A DNA stretch of 64,000 nt, from NCBI GenBank assembly GCA_977017575.1, contig CDRNVI010000034.1, positions 1-64,000 of the forward strand. Direction: 5' to 3'. The stretch is from Paramoeba atlantica. Its lineage: Eukaryota; Protista; Discosea. How positions within the stretch are numbered: position 1 is the first letter of the stretch; every line of letters begins with the position of its first letter. Both the position numbers and the translations under genes were made by a program. Below, piece after piece: positions 53,601 through 64,000 of this stretch. The notes below the pieces were generated by a model that saw only the letters and a list, made by a program, of their open reading frames with translations, did not search any database and had not been told where the DNA came from.

Positions 53601-54020
53601 AGCGGATATTATCCGTAGCGGAATGCCTGTTTGGAGCGCCTCCGTTCGAGCCAGTCGCTGTAGCACGTCCTTCCTCTCTAAAGCCTCGCAGACGTAAAGC
53701 AAGCGAGTGAAACGATGTTGCGCGGAGACCCTTCTCCATTTTATACGGCTCAACTCAGCAGCTTTTACGGCTTGATCAATTTCCATCTCCGTTGCTGTTG
53801 GGTATTCACCCAAAACTACGTTGTCGGAAGGGCTGGATACGGAAATGGTCTCGCGACGAGAAGGGTTGTCGGTCCATGCTGGTTTTTGAGGTGTGCACCA
53901 CTGCGCCTTAATAAAATGAGCAAACCTGATGTAATCAGGATTCAGAATAGAATCTCGAAGCGCCGAAGAATGTTTTAACTGCGCCCAGTAGAAGTGAGAC
54001 ACGGTAGAATAATTAAACAT
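50654..54020 (-). CDS. Aldehyde dehydrogenase-fold protein, likely catalytically inactive, with a long Ser/Pro/Thr repeat insert; probable 1-nt frameshift near 50862
   Basis: [79 protein letters not shown]. No FTGS, ELGG or catalytic Cys motif visible. ORF track 50844..54020; an alternative frame continues [11 protein letters not shown]...RLPTGFV to 50654. Confidence 0.75.
51500..52220. repeat. Purine-rich coding minisatellite (GGGGAAGAAGAGGTA-type 12/15-bp units) encoding SPTSS repeats on the minus strand
   Basis: Directly visible; in frame within the ALDH-like ORF. Confidence 0.9.
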
Positions 54021-54654
54021 GTTTTGTGACAGAGAAGTAAAAAAATGGTGTTCTGCTTTGAAAAAAATAAAACGTTTTAGTAAAAAATTGCTTTTTACGA
54101 ACTAAAAAGCACTGCTGTAACTTTTTTCGGGTGAAAAAAAACTTGATTTTGTTTCGTGGTAGTTTCGCAGACACATTTTCTGTATTACCTAAGCGAGTGA
54201 TTAAGCATCATATTTTTTTTGCTCACACGACTCCGCTCTATCATTTTTCTTTGCATAGGCTGTAAAATGTCTGACCACACCACGTTTTGTAATTGGGAAT
54301 CTTGGATGACGTGGTGATAGAAGCCTGTACCGCACTATGTGAATTAGGGACTTCTTGTAATCCACTGTTTAAATAATTTAAAATCTTTTTCCAGGCTCAG
54401 AACCAGAACCAAGGTAAAGGTCATAAATTTTCTTCTTTGGTACAGTTTATTAAATAAAATACGAAGTTAAAAGCTTTTTGGGGAAAAAAGTCCCTTTTGA
54501 TCTTTTTTCGGAAATAAATTACTGCACGTTATCTTGACAATATCAAGGCAAAGTTTTGATAAAAGAAACATTAAAATTAATTTCGATTATGAACAACAAA
54601 ACAGTTCAGTTAATTACGATCTTCTATTTTAGAACTAAGTCCTTGTAGTGGAAC

Positions 54655-55410
54655 TTAGTCCTTGTAGTAGTCCAGAAGTGAGCTGGTGAGCCAGTATTTT
54701 GATGGCAGCTCCACCACCGAATGTTGCCATTCGTAATGTACATAAAAAGGAAGATCAGATGAGGCTGGAATAACACGCGTGAAATAGTTCCTTCTCATCC
54801 TCACCATCCTCATGGGCTGAAGATCTCGCAAATCTAGAAAACCGGAAAAATAACATCGACTCACGTCCAGTTCACGCAGTGTACTTGGTAGCAAGGACGT
54901 GAGACAAAGTTCCCCATGGTAGGAATTACGCTCAAAAGTGGCGTAGCGCAGCTCACGTGGCAGAACTTCCAGATCTAGCTTCCCAGAGAACTTGTTCTGA
55001 TGGAGACCAAGCGTAATTAAGGAAGCAGGGAGAGTTGCAAGATCTGGGCTTCCAGCAAACTGGTTGCAACCAAGTTGCAGCGCCAAAAGTGAAGAAGGAA
55101 GACAAGAAGTGCTAAGGGTACCCTCTAGTTCGTTTTCCAGCAAAGAAAGTGTCACTAGATAAGCGGGGAGATATTCCCAAGGAATTGTACCTTTGAGATT
55201 CATGCCCCTCCATCGCAGTACTTCAATGATGCCGTTGCCGATAAATACACCATTCCACTCCTCAGGCGGTGAGCTCGGCAGCCACGTGGAATGAGGATTC
55301 GAAATATTACGAACCAACCGCCCAAGTTGTATCTCCGGGGGTAGAACAGCGTGCTGAATACGTCCTGCCCGTGAAGAGAAGTCTTGAGCACAAGTAGGGA
55401 GTAATAACAT
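54655..55410 (-). CDS. LRR family protein (copy 6)
   Basis: LPPEIQLGRL...PPEEWNGV cap variant plus LRRs. Confidence 0.85.
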   Translation of the reverse strand: MLLLPTCAQDFSSRAGRIQHAVLPPEIQLGRLVRNISNPHSTWLPSSPPEEWNGVFIGNGIIEVLRWRGMNLKGTIPWEYLPAYLVTLSLLENELEGTLSTSCLPSSLLALQLGCNQFAGSPDLATLPASLITLGLHQNKFSGKLDLEVLPRELRYATFERNSYHGELCLTSLLPSTLRELDVSRCYFSGFLDLRDLQPMRMVRMRRNYFTRVIPASSDLPFYVHYEWQHSVVELPSKYWLTSSLLDYYKD

Positions 55411-55883
55411 AGAGGGTTAATAGAAAAAAATGAGAGTATAAGTGTCTTCTGTGTAAAGTTAGAGAAATTCCCAGATGCCTACAACTAGCCTATAAATGTC
55501 TATAACTAGGATAGAAAAAAATCTAGGAGAGTCTTGCCTCCCCGTACTCGGGCGGAGCCCGAGAACCGGAGTGGTATTTGAGGCGCTTGCATGGGGGTAT
55601 TGCAGGCGCTCTTGTTACCAACAAAAACAACAACAATTTACGCCATTCATCTCTTGCTGACGCAGTGCAAAATGTCTTATTACCTCACCAGAATGATAGC
55701 CGCGGCCCAATCTGTCACTTCCTTGGACAATATTTCAGAAAATAAAAAAAGGTGTGCCCCCCCCATGTCCCCCCATAGGGGGGTTTATGTTGCTTGTCCT
55801 CAAATTACCAAGTCTGAACTCCATAGAAGTTCACTGGAAGCGCCTAGAAGCGCCTGGATAGGAGTCACCCCTCTAAGTATTTA

Positions 55884-56168
55884 CCGTATACCCCCCAGTA
55901 ATAGAATTGATTTTGGACCAACATGGCCAAATCTTTGTTACTGGGCGGGTTTTGGTTCATCTTTTTTGTTCATGATTGCGTTAATTTTCTGCCCAGTCAA
56001 CCCCGCAAATACGCCACTCGCTCGCGCGCAACCACCCTCACCCTGCCCAGCCACCTCCACCCTCCCAAATATCCCCCCCCCCCCTCCAACCACCCTCCCG
56101 GGCCAAATCCTTGTTACTGGGGATCAGCCCAAAAATGGCAAAATCTCTGTTACTGGGGGGGTATACGG
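55884..56168. mobile_element. MITE, Tc1/mariner(pogo)-like, TA target duplication
   Basis: TA|CCGTATACCCCCCAGTAA ... TTACTGGGGGGGTATACGG|TA; internal CCAAATCCTTGTTACTGGG repeats shared with 28507-28976. Confidence 0.8.
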
Positions 56169-56309
56169 TAGTGCTACTTCATGACTTTGCACACTCCCTC
56201 ACTTTGCACACCCCCTGCAACCCCCCGAAAAACCAGATTTTTCAGTTTTCGTCGTGTACAGTCAGGGAGTACGTACGGTAATTTCGTTTTGAAACAAAAC
56301 AAGAATCTC

Positions 56310-57191
56310 TTACTGCCTTGTCAAAAAAATCTTTGTGTTAGCTATATTAAAATTCAGCAAAGTCGCAGGAAGAATGGACTTGTCAATTCGACCAAAAAGT
56401 CTGAAGTTCATATTCATAGTGAAATGCTCTAGCTGTGTCGGAAGATTGTCAATCAACACTAAGCCACTAAAACAATTGTTATTACAGAAGAATGCTTGAA
56501 GTTTCGAAGGTAAGTTCTGTACGTGGAGAGGCCCCGTAAATGTGTTGTGCGATAAGTCAAAATAAAGTAAACTTGGAGGCAGGCGATCAAAACGAACGGC
56601 ACCAGAAAACTTGTTCCGCGAAATTCCCAAATGTTCCAAATGAGGCGGTAACTGAGTAAGGTCCAGAGAGCCTTCCAACTTATTAGTATTTATCAAAAAA
56701 TGTTGCAATGAGTGCGTGAAATGACACAAATCTAGCTTGCCGCTAAAGAAATTCTTAGTTGCGTCAAAGTAGGAAAGATGTGGGGGCAACGTATTGAGCA
56801 CCACCTCTCCCGAGAGCTTATTGTGTGTTCCGCTAAAGGATAGCAAAGAATACGGTAGCCAATCCCAATGGAGAGACCCTTTAAGATCCATATCACGCCA
56901 ATCGATTCCCGTGACTTGTAGATCGTCCTGACAAGTCACACCCTTCCAATCGCAGGCATGATTTGAAGAATTCCATAGAGAATGCGGATTTTTTACATCC
57001 TCAATAAATCGTGAAAGTTGATATTCTTGCGGGAAATTCGTCGCTCGCACCTTTCCCGCTAATACTCGTCGCGCAGGGACGTCAGCGTTATGAACTGTGT
57101 GAAGCCCGAACAAAGAAAAAAAGTACATGATGAGAACATTCATTACAAAAAATATAAGATTTGTAAATATGCTGTACATGCAGCGAAACAC
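56310..57191 (-). CDS. LRR family protein (copy 7)
   Basis: FPQEYQLSRFI...HACDWKGVTC cap plus ~8 LRRs. Confidence 0.88.
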   Translation of the reverse strand: MFRCMYSIFTNLIFFVMNVLIMYFFSLFGLHTVHNADVPARRVLAGKVRATNFPQEYQLSRFIEDVKNPHSLWNSSNHACDWKGVTCQDDLQVTGIDWRDMDLKGSLHWDWLPYSLLSFSGTHNKLSGEVVLNTLPPHLSYFDATKNFFSGKLDLCHFTHSLQHFLINTNKLEGSLDLTQLPPHLEHLGISRNKFSGAVRFDRLPPSLLYFDLSHNTFTGPLHVQNLPSKLQAFFCNNNCFSGLVLIDNLPTQLEHFTMNMNFRLFGRIDKSILPATLLNFNIANTKIFLTRQ

Positions 57192-57721
57192 ATGTGTACT
57201 CTATTATACAGTGCTCGCAAAAATATAATATAATTAGTGCTCGCAAAAATATAATTAGTAAAACTTATATTGTAAAATAATAAAAAAGTTTTACTAATTA
57301 AAAATTCACTAATTTTTGTTTTACTAATTTGTGCACTGCCCCAAAAAATTTACCAACTTGATAAAATCAATTTTTACAGAAACGGTATTTCTGTCGTTTG
57401 AGTAGGTTGTCTCCTCTAAGGTCTGCGTTAGTACCATCTGCAAAATGGTAATGCTAGGGAAGGCCGCGAGGAGGTCCCGACCGTACCCCGAATCGGCACT
57501 TTTTTACACTGCTGTTACAGTGGAGTTTGCGCAGTCTGCGCGTGAAGCTTAGTGACGTTTCGTGATAGCCAGGCGTTGCACAGAAATCCAGTGTGAAACA
57601 ACCTACTCATGGTACTGACAGGTACACTAGAAAAAACATGTTACACATGGAAGTACGAAGCCAGAAACTGTTTTTATTCCCTCACACTTTGATGTAATGA
57701 TGCGTCAAAAAAATTCATTTC

Positions 57722-59332
57722 TCATTTCTGTCGTCGTCCCCTTTTTGCCGTAAATGACGGTACCACCTCCCCCTCCTCCTTTCCCCCCACCCCATGCACC
57801 TGAACCCTTCCGTGTGTTCCTTCCGACCCCTCTCCCCCTCTTCCTTTATTTTTTTCTTTCCGGGCCAGGGCCAGGGCTACCTCTCGGCGTGCGCTCTCCT
57901 GCTGGGCTCGCCGTGTCATCCGCTCCCTCTCCTCCCTGCTGTACCGCACTTTATGGTAATCATACAACGAGCCCTGTGGTTTGTAGCTTACGGCTCGTAA
58001 AACACTATGGGAAGATACGCGATTTTGTGGTTCATTTGTTTGTAAATCCCCAATGCTTTGCTCTCCTGTTGCTAATAATTCCCGCCCTGTGGTATTTCCC
58101 TCTGAAAGCCCCCAACTTGCGATTGTTTGCTCTCTGCCCTCCAACAATGCCGCTTTCACTTGTTGTAATTTTTGTTCTCCAGCTCCCGTAATGGCATGGC
58201 TTCTATTTCGATTTGGATCGTTGTTATCCGCATTCCACTCCTCCATGCGTCGACACAAATAACTTCGCATTTCATACCCTTTCGAGCCATCCGGGGCGTA
58301 GCGATAGGCATCGACTCGAGCCGCGAGTACAACTTTATGGGAAACCATTCGAACAATTTTATGTCGCACTTCCGCAGGCTGGGATTGCACAAGATCGCTG
58401 TTTAATAAGTAGCCCCCGATGGAGAGCAGGTGCGAAGGGGCTGAAGCATCCGAAGACTGCCCTGAGCTTTTCCCCAAACTCGCAACGGTCTCCGGGGACA
58501 TCTCACACAGCGACACCAAGGAACCGGAAAGCCCAAAAAGTTGAGCCGCAATCCCGGGACCGATTAAATTACAAAGATTGGGAGCGAGCAGCATAATCCG
58601 CGAGGAGAGATAATCCAACAGAATTTGTTTCACACTCTCCAGGGAGGTAAACTCCTCGGTGGCATCCAACAGCGTTGACGCGGTTGCCGTAGCTAACACC
58701 GTCCCACGCGAAACGGAAGCCACCACGAGAAGCGCCGCGCAAAGCTGGGAAGGGAGATGATCTCTTAACATCTCTATTTTCTCCCCCATTTCGGAAAGGT
58801 TTACAAAATTGCCCATCGCGTGAACAATGGCGCAGTACGCGCCTCGATCCACCACGAGCGCGGCTAACTCGGGGAGGCGCTGAGCGTAGAGCGAACGGAT
58901 CGCGTCGTAGAGTGCAATTTTCGTCCGTTCAATGTGGCCAATCATATCGGCTGTGGTGCGAAGCAGGGCGTTCTCGGGGTCCTCCGGGAGGATGGTTGTC
59001 TTTTCCATATCCATATGCTGGATGGAGTCCAGGATTTGATGGAGCGTGAGATTTTGGGTAAGGCGCTGGACCCCACAGAGTAAGGGGGGTGGGGGAGGAG
59101 AAGCAGAAGCAGAAGCAGCCGCTGCCTCGGGTGGGTGTAATTTTTGTGGAGAAAAATCATCGGGCGCAGATTTTGTGGTGAGGGGGAGGAAAGGGGGGAT
59201 AGGGGGAAAGGTTGCCTCTTCCTCAGTGCTGGAGTCGAGGCTGCTGAGGGTGTCTTCGTCACTGTATTCGTCGGTGGGATCGTCGTGAGAGGGATGGTGT
59301 GCTTTGTGAGAAGTGTCATCTGAGTCTGACAT
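57722..59332 (-). CDS. PRP31: U4/U6 snRNP protein Prp31 (NOSIC + Nop domain)
   Basis: YAQRLPELAALV, RIMLLAPNLCNLIGPGIAAQL, GSLVSL, GYL..SDLVQ..P...R.K..R.V..KVVLAARVD. Confidence 0.85.
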   Translation of the reverse strand: MSDSDDTSHKAHHPSHDDPTDEYSDEDTLSSLDSSTEEEATFPPIPPFLPLTTKSAPDDFSPQKLHPPEAAAASASASPPPPPLLCGVQRLTQNLTLHQILDSIQHMDMEKTTILPEDPENALLRTTADMIGHIERTKIALYDAIRSLYAQRLPELAALVVDRGAYCAIVHAMGNFVNLSEMGEKIEMLRDHLPSQLCAALLVVASVSRGTVLATATASTLLDATEEFTSLESVKQILLDYLSSRIMLLAPNLCNLIGPGIAAQLFGLSGSLVSLCEMSPETVASLGKSSGQSSDASAPSHLLSIGGYLLNSDLVQSQPAEVRHKIVRMVSHKVVLAARVDAYRYAPDGSKGYEMRSYLCRRMEEWNADNNDPNRNRSHAITGAGEQKLQQVKAALLEGREQTIASWGLSEGNTTGRELLATGEQSIGDLQTNEPQNRVSSHSVLRAVSYKPQGSLYDYHKVRYSREERERMTRRAQQESARREVALALARKEKNKGRGGEGSEGTHGRVQVHGVGGKEEGEVVPSFTAKRGRRQK

Positions 59333-59665
59333 TGTGCAAGGCGTGAGGAAAAGGAGTTAGAAAAGAAGATACGGGCTTAAATAAGAATAGAAAAGATATT
59401 CGAGTTTAATCCTTGAGAGTTTCCAGTGTTTTGTTCCATTTTTTAAATATTTTTTTGAGTGTAAACGAACGTAGCCTGATAAGAGTTGTGAGCAATACAA
59501 TATTATGAAATGAAGTGAACTTTATGTTGGAGTAAGCGTGTTTGTTTGAGTCTACACAAAAAAGCCAAAAATACACAACGAACACAAGTTTTTCGAACAC
59601 AAGCGCATCATCTCTCTCAAGTCACAACAACAAAATGCACACGTAACTATTGCACCATATTCTTT

Positions 59666-62600
59666 TTACAAAACACTGAATTCCTTGCCCTCACAACCCG
59701 ACCCCTTCACTCCCCCCTCACGACTTCTTGCCGATTTCGACCCCTCTCGGGACATCGACGATTGCACCACTTTTACCCTTGTATATTTTTTCTTTCCCTT
59801 CCCCCCTGCATGATTAGAGTTCTTCGTTTCCTTCTCCTCTGCGCCCCTCCCCTCATATGCCTCTACTACCCTATTTGCCTCATAGGGCTCATAGGGGGCA
59901 TAGGAGGAGGTGGCTCGAGTAGAGGACAGACCCAGCGAAGGGGACCTCTCGGTCTCCCCCTCCTCTACGCGTTCCACTACGGAAGGCGTGAGCTCGGTGT
60001 CACTCGGGAGATGAGAAAACGAGGTAGAGGGCTGAGTCCCCGTTTCTCTTGTTGCCTTTTGCTGTAGGCTCTGAAAAGGATCATAGAGCGGGGAGAGCCC
60101 ATGGGAGGAGCTAGGCAGCCCCGTAGTCTCCCCTTCGGTGGTTGTGGGGGTATACAACATGGAGAGAACCCCCTCGACCCCATCCGTAATGGATTGAAGA
60201 TTTGAAAGAGAGGTACCTTTTTTGTTATCCCCGGTTTCGTCGCCTTCCTCGGTACGAGAAAACGACAGAAACGAGGGTTCTGGGTTTTTCGAATCTCCGT
60301 GAGATCGAGGAGAGTCTGGGGCTCCAAAGAAAGGAGCGGTTTCTGAAAAACGATCCGTACTTGGGGAGTTGCGTGAGCTATCGGAGATTCCAGAGGAGGG
60401 TTGGTAGGTTCGAAGTTCCATCCCCGCAGCCGCTCGAGGCGCACTGGAGGAGGAGGAGTCGGTGGCGTGGGAAGAGGATCGAAGATTGGAAACCGACGAA
60501 CGTAGACCGGAGGCATCACGGAACGCGGAGGAGTGGGTGGAGAGCGTGGTGAACCCGGTACTGCCCTCGAGGCTTTCCTCCCGTTCGGAGGAGATTTTGG
60601 AGGAGCTGGGAGAGGGTACTGGCCCGGTTGGGGTAGCCCACACCGAGGGAACAGGTGCCGTGCGTTTATCTCCCTTTTCTGCTCTTTGAAACACCCCAGG
60701 GGTGGGCATCACACCACGTGCGGTTGCGGTAGGCATCGGGGAGGAGGCCACGGAGGAGTTCGCCCCGGTGCTGGACAACATGGGAGGGACGTAACTGCTT
60801 GAGGGGACGGAGGACACCGAGCGTGTGTCGCCTTCCCCGGAGGAAACCCCCGAGGGGGGTGGTGGGAAGTTCTCGACCCCGGTCTCACTCATTAATCCCA
60901 CCGACCCCGCACGAGAGCCGGCTGCCCCATAGCCTAGATTCAATCCATAGGCGGAGGTTTGTGCCATTGGGGTGGCAGAACTCCCGGTAGAAGAAACCAA
61001 ACCACTGCTCAAAGCGGGACTTACTAAACCAAACCCCCCTGCGCTAAGAGCGGGAGAGACCAGCCCAGGCACAGGCAGAGACAACACCGAAGAATGTCCG
61101 TGACCCATTGCGCTTTGACTGGATCCCGAGCGCAAACTTTGTGACGCTTGGCGGGTATTTCCCGCGGCGTCCCCCATACCCCATTCCGAGGCTGACCCCG
61201 GAGGCATTCCCCGCGCAATCGGCTGATCAAGAAAGGGCGTCGGATGGGAGACATCTCCACTCGCCGAGGAGCCCTCCCGTGCGGTTGAGGTGAACCCAGA
61301 ATAAGCCCCAGGACTGTGATACACCCCCTCGACCCCACGTGCTCGCACCGCCTGCTCTTGCGTCGTACCGCTTTGAATGACCCCCTCATGGAGCAACACA
61401 TCAAATGCCCCGGTGCCTCCTTTAATCGGCTGTCCGAGCATAATATTGGAACTCACCCCGGCGATCTCATCCACCTCCCCGTGTGCTGCGCCCTCCATTA
61501 AAACCTCAAGCTGCTGCTCATAGGTCGCACGCATGAGAGGACCGGAATCTGTCTTAGCCATCCCTTGACGAGTGAGTGGCGTGAGATGTCCTCGTCCGGT
61601 CATAATCTCAGCGAGCATAAGAAAATGTCGATGGTTCACATCGACACCGTATTTTTCATACACCGCAAGCATTTCTTTACACAAAACTTGCATCACGGCC
61701 TCGATGCCAAGGACTTGGAAGACTTCGGTGATGTGATTGGTGAGCGTTCGGGTGGCATCCACAATCGGGAGCCCGAGGACTTGAAGGAGATTCGACCCCT
61801 CGGTTTCGACAAAAAACTCTTTTTTCTCGACATATTCCCCGGAATGGGGATCGAGGACGAAATATTTCTCACGCTCCGTGATAAACGATTTGGTGACGCC
61901 AGGGACCCCGGAGAGACGAACACGACGGAGTAACTCGGGGAAGGTTTTACGGTACAACTCGACGGTGTCCTGGACATGAAACGGTTCCCCGGCTTCATAG
62001 GCTTGCTCCGCTTGTTTATGCAGGTCGCTTTCGTCCTCTAATCGGATGCGAAGGACCGGGACGGCAGCATTGGGATCTGAGGCCTCATAGTGCCATTTGT
62101 CCTCGACCGCACGGAGAGCTTCTCCCATTTCTTCTGGACTTAGTCGCATCAGATGCATGGTGGTGGGATCTAAGAGAAGTCGCATGACAAAACGAGAGGC
62201 GTGTTCCCGGATGCGTACCATCTCCGCTTGCCGTTCTGGGGGATGGAATTCAAGATCCCACCAGCGGGCGACAAAGTCATGGTCGGCCTCCACTACGGTC
62301 TCTGCGGGATCTGGGTCGTAGTGAATCTCCACAGTCTGCACGAGGTCGTAAAGTGTCTTGTGCTCGATTTGGGCTAACGCATGCAGAGCACCCTCTTTTG
62401 TCCCGGCGAATTCGGGGGTAAGAAAAATACTCATGTTGCTGACCTTTGGGTTACGGGTGCAGTTGATCAGCTCCTTGAGACGAGGAACCCCGAGAGTGAC
62501 GTTCTTACTCGCGACCCCAGCGAAGTGAAACGTGTTCAGGGTCATCTGGGTCGCAGGTTCGCCACAGCTCTGAGCGGCAATCGCCCCCACCATCTCTCCT

Positions 62601-64000
62601 GGGTGAACTAAGGCTTGTTGGTACCGGGAGCAGATCTCCCCGCAGAGCCAGTCAAAGGCTTTTTGGTCCAGACGATATTCTTTAATGACTCGACGGGAGT
62701 TTAAGTAGCCGTACAGTGCCATACGGAAGGTACACAGCGCGGTATCCAGCCGTAGTCGGGTCCATTTGTTGTGTCGGCCTCGGTTTCGGGTCGGAAGAAA
62801 CCTTTCTACGGTATTCAGCACCTCCCCGATGGCTTGAATCACGTGCAGCGGATTCAGCGCGCTTCGCTGGCTGGGACGTTTTCCAACATCAAATCGTTCC
62901 TGCGCGAGCTGGATGAGTCGAGGAAAGTGTACCGCGAGACCAAAGTTCTCTTTTCGAGTGTTACGAAAGAGTGCGCGGAAGGATTCGCGTTGCTGCTTCA
63001 CGGAGTCGTACTCGGTCATCAGGGTGCGGTACTCCGCTGGGTTGTCTCGGAAATACTTGCGTACCCCGGGGGAGAGGTACTCGCCACCAAACCGTGGCAG
63101 CACAGTTCCGTCGTCTGCAATTTCGTAACGGTACACCTCCGCAAAACGAGCGTTTCCCCAGGTTACAAACGGAAGATCCTGTTTCACCTCTACCTTGGGC
63201 CCATCCAAGCCATCCTCCCCGTAGGTAAACTGCAGCACGCGGTTTGCGGCGTTTCTTACGGTGCCATCATACCCGACGGTAAGATCCTCACACATTTTTA
63301 TAATCCGTCTCTGAATGTAGCCCGTGTCGGCGGTCTTACATGCGGTATCAATCAACCCCTCCCGTCCTGCCATAGCGTGGAAGAAGAAATCTGGGGCTGT
63401 AAGACCTCGGATGTAGCTGTTTTTAATGTACCCTTTACTCTGGGGTCCGTAGTCATCACGTACAAAGTGGGGAAGCGTTCGACGACGAAACCCAAACTGG
63501 ATGCGTTTGCCCTCACAATTTTGTTGCCCGACAATGGCGCCGATTTGGGAAATGTTCATTTCGTTTCCTTTACTGCCGGCCTTGTACATGCACTTGAAGC
63601 CGTTGTTGTCGCGATAGCCGTCGACAATCTTCTTACCCGCCTCGGTGCGACATTGACTTAGTACCGTGTTCACTTCCGTTTCAAACGCCTCAAGAAGCGT
63701 TTTGCCTCGCTTATCCGAAAAAGTATTATCCAGGGCGTTCTGGCAAATCTTTCTCACTTTTCCCTCCGTTTCGCGGAGTAAGTGGTCCACATCACGCACA
63801 CTTGCCTCCGTTGGGACGGAATCTTTAATCCCGACGCTAAAACTGTGATGAATGAGAAAATATGCCGTGATACGTTGTACAGCATTCATAAAGTCCTTAC
63901 ACGCGTCCGTGCCCTCGAGATTGACAATCACGTGAATCAGCGAGTTGAGCAGATTTCCCACAATCTTTTTTACCACAACCCCATGCAAAAGCTCCCCATG
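59666..64000 (-). CDS. RPB1: RNA polymerase II largest subunit (partial, N-terminus beyond window); non-heptad C-terminal extension
   Basis: SKG...NISQI, GYIKNSY..GL...[82 protein letters not shown]...GTGAF. The frame is open to the window edge. Confidence 0.97.
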   Translation of the reverse strand, partial: HGELLHGVVVKKIVGNLLNSLIHVIVNLEGTDACKDFMNAVQRITAYFLIHHSFSVGIKDSVPTEASVRDVDHLLRETEGKVRKICQNALDNTFSDKRGKTLLEAFETEVNTVLSQCRTEAGKKIVDGYRDNNGFKCMYKAGSKGNEMNISQIGAIVGQQNCEGKRIQFGFRRRTLPHFVRDDYGPQSKGYIKNSYIRGLTAPDFFFHAMAGREGLIDTACKTADTGYIQRRIIKMCEDLTVGYDGTVRNAANRVLQFTYGEDGLDGPKVEVKQDLPFVTWGNARFAEVYRYEIADDGTVLPRFGGEYLSPGVRKYFRDNPAEYRTLMTEYDSVKQQRESFRALFRNTRKENFGLAVHFPRLIQLAQERFDVGKRPSQRSALNPLHVIQAIGEVLNTVERFLPTRNRGRHNKWTRLRLDTALCTFRMALYGYLNSRRVIKEYRLDQKAFDWLCGEICSRYQQALVHPGEMVGAIAAQSCGEPATQMTLNTFHFAGVASKNVTLGVPRLKELINCTRNPKVSNMSIFLTPEFAGTKEGALHALAQIEHKTLYDLVQTVEIHYDPDPAETVVEADHDFVARWWDLEFHPPERQAEMVRIREHASRFVMRLLLDPTTMHLMRLSPEEMGEALRAVEDKWHYEASDPNAAVPVLRIRLEDESDLHKQAEQAYEAGEPFHVQDTVELYRKTFPELLRRVRLSGVPGVTKSFITEREKYFVLDPHSGEYVEKKEFFVETEGSNLLQVLGLPIVDATRTLTNHITEVFQVLGIEAVMQVLCKEMLAVYEKYGVDVNHRHFLMLAEIMTGRGHLTPLTRQGMAKTDSGPLMRATYEQQLEVLMEGAAHGEVDEIAGVSSNIMLGQPIKGGTGAFDVLLHEGVIQSGTTQEQAVRARGVEGVYHSPGAYSGFTSTAREGSSASGDVSHPTPFLDQPIARGMPPGSASEWGMGDAAGNTRQASQSLRSGSSQSAMGHGHSSVLSLPVPGLVSPALSAGGFGLVSPALSSGLVSSTGSSATPMAQTSAYGLNLGYGAAGSRAGSVGLMSETGVENFPPPPSGVSSGEGDTRSVSSVPSSSYVPPMLSSTGANSSVASSPMPTATARGVMPTPGVFQRAEKGDKRTAPVPSVWATPTGPVPSPSSSKISSEREESLEGSTGFTTLSTHSSAFRDASGLRSSVSNLRSSSHATDSSSSSAPRAAAGMELRTYQPSSGISDSSRNSPSTDRFSETAPFFGAPDSPRSHGDSKNPEPSFLSFSRTEEGDETGDNKKGTSLSNLQSITDGVEGVLSMLYTPTTTEGETTGLPSSSHGLSPLYDPFQSLQQKATRETGTQPSTSFSHLPSDTELTPSVVERVEEGETERSPSLGLSSTRATSSYAPYEPYEANRVVEAYEGRGAEEKETKNSNHAGGKGKKKYTRVKVVQSSMSREGSKSARSREGGVKGSGCEGKEFSVL

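Noticed and set aside
57415-57515. GC-rich segment with 5S-like GTTAGTAC/GGGAA words and an SRP-helix-8-like hairpin (AGG-CC-GCGA-GG-AGG) followed by a T-run
   Set aside because: Only short words match, and neither the length nor the overall fold fits 5S or SRP RNA. Left uncalled pending a covariance-model search.
1-64000. Spliced-leader RNA gene, rRNA, telomeric TTAGGG arrays or a functional canonical tRNA
   Set aside because: No AACTAACGCT-type leader exon, rRNA core or telomeric array seen; both tRNA-like sequences have broken stems.

Overview
Eukaryotic, intron-free DNA that is most likely from a kinetoplastid or other euglenozoan, possibly Perkinsela-like. The evidence is an RPB1 with the [17 protein letters not shown] variant and no heptad CTD, plus one long same-strand gene cluster. 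The window has two parts. (1) About 1-29 kb is a mobile-element and repeat island. It holds a degenerate Crypton-like tyrosine recombinase gene head-to-head with an Ulp1/C48 protease gene, a decayed APE-RT-RNaseH LINE with an N-terminal Tudor-like domain, a tandem zinc-finger ORF, a Helitron2/Helentron-type RepHel pseudogene, an RRM fragment, a 2.3-kb CACGTG-rich satellite and a tRNA-like element. It also holds a modular set of repeats that I label A-F. B is a 5' module beginning TTGCGGTGGTTG with a small hairpin and G-tracts. A and C are two alternative hairpin 3' modules carrying the inverted copy of that motif. D and E are 200-bp palindromes built on a shared GGGAGATAC motif. (2) About 29.4-64 kb is a minus-strand directional gene cluster: hypothetical protein, EHD/MfnL-like GTPase, longin R-SNARE, ALG11, RNase H2C, FIST-like protein, LCAT-like protein, ALDH-like pseudoenzyme, PRP31 and RPB1. 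Seven LRR-family genes, a clean non-autonomous Helitron insertion, TA-flanked TIR elements and a tRNA-derived SINE with a 7-bp TSD are interspersed. The most striking signal is a modular Helitron2-like system whose shared B 5' and C 3' ends appear to bracket either ZnF+RepHel or tyrosine recombinase+Ulp1 cargo. All family calls come from motif recognition by eye; no database searches were run.
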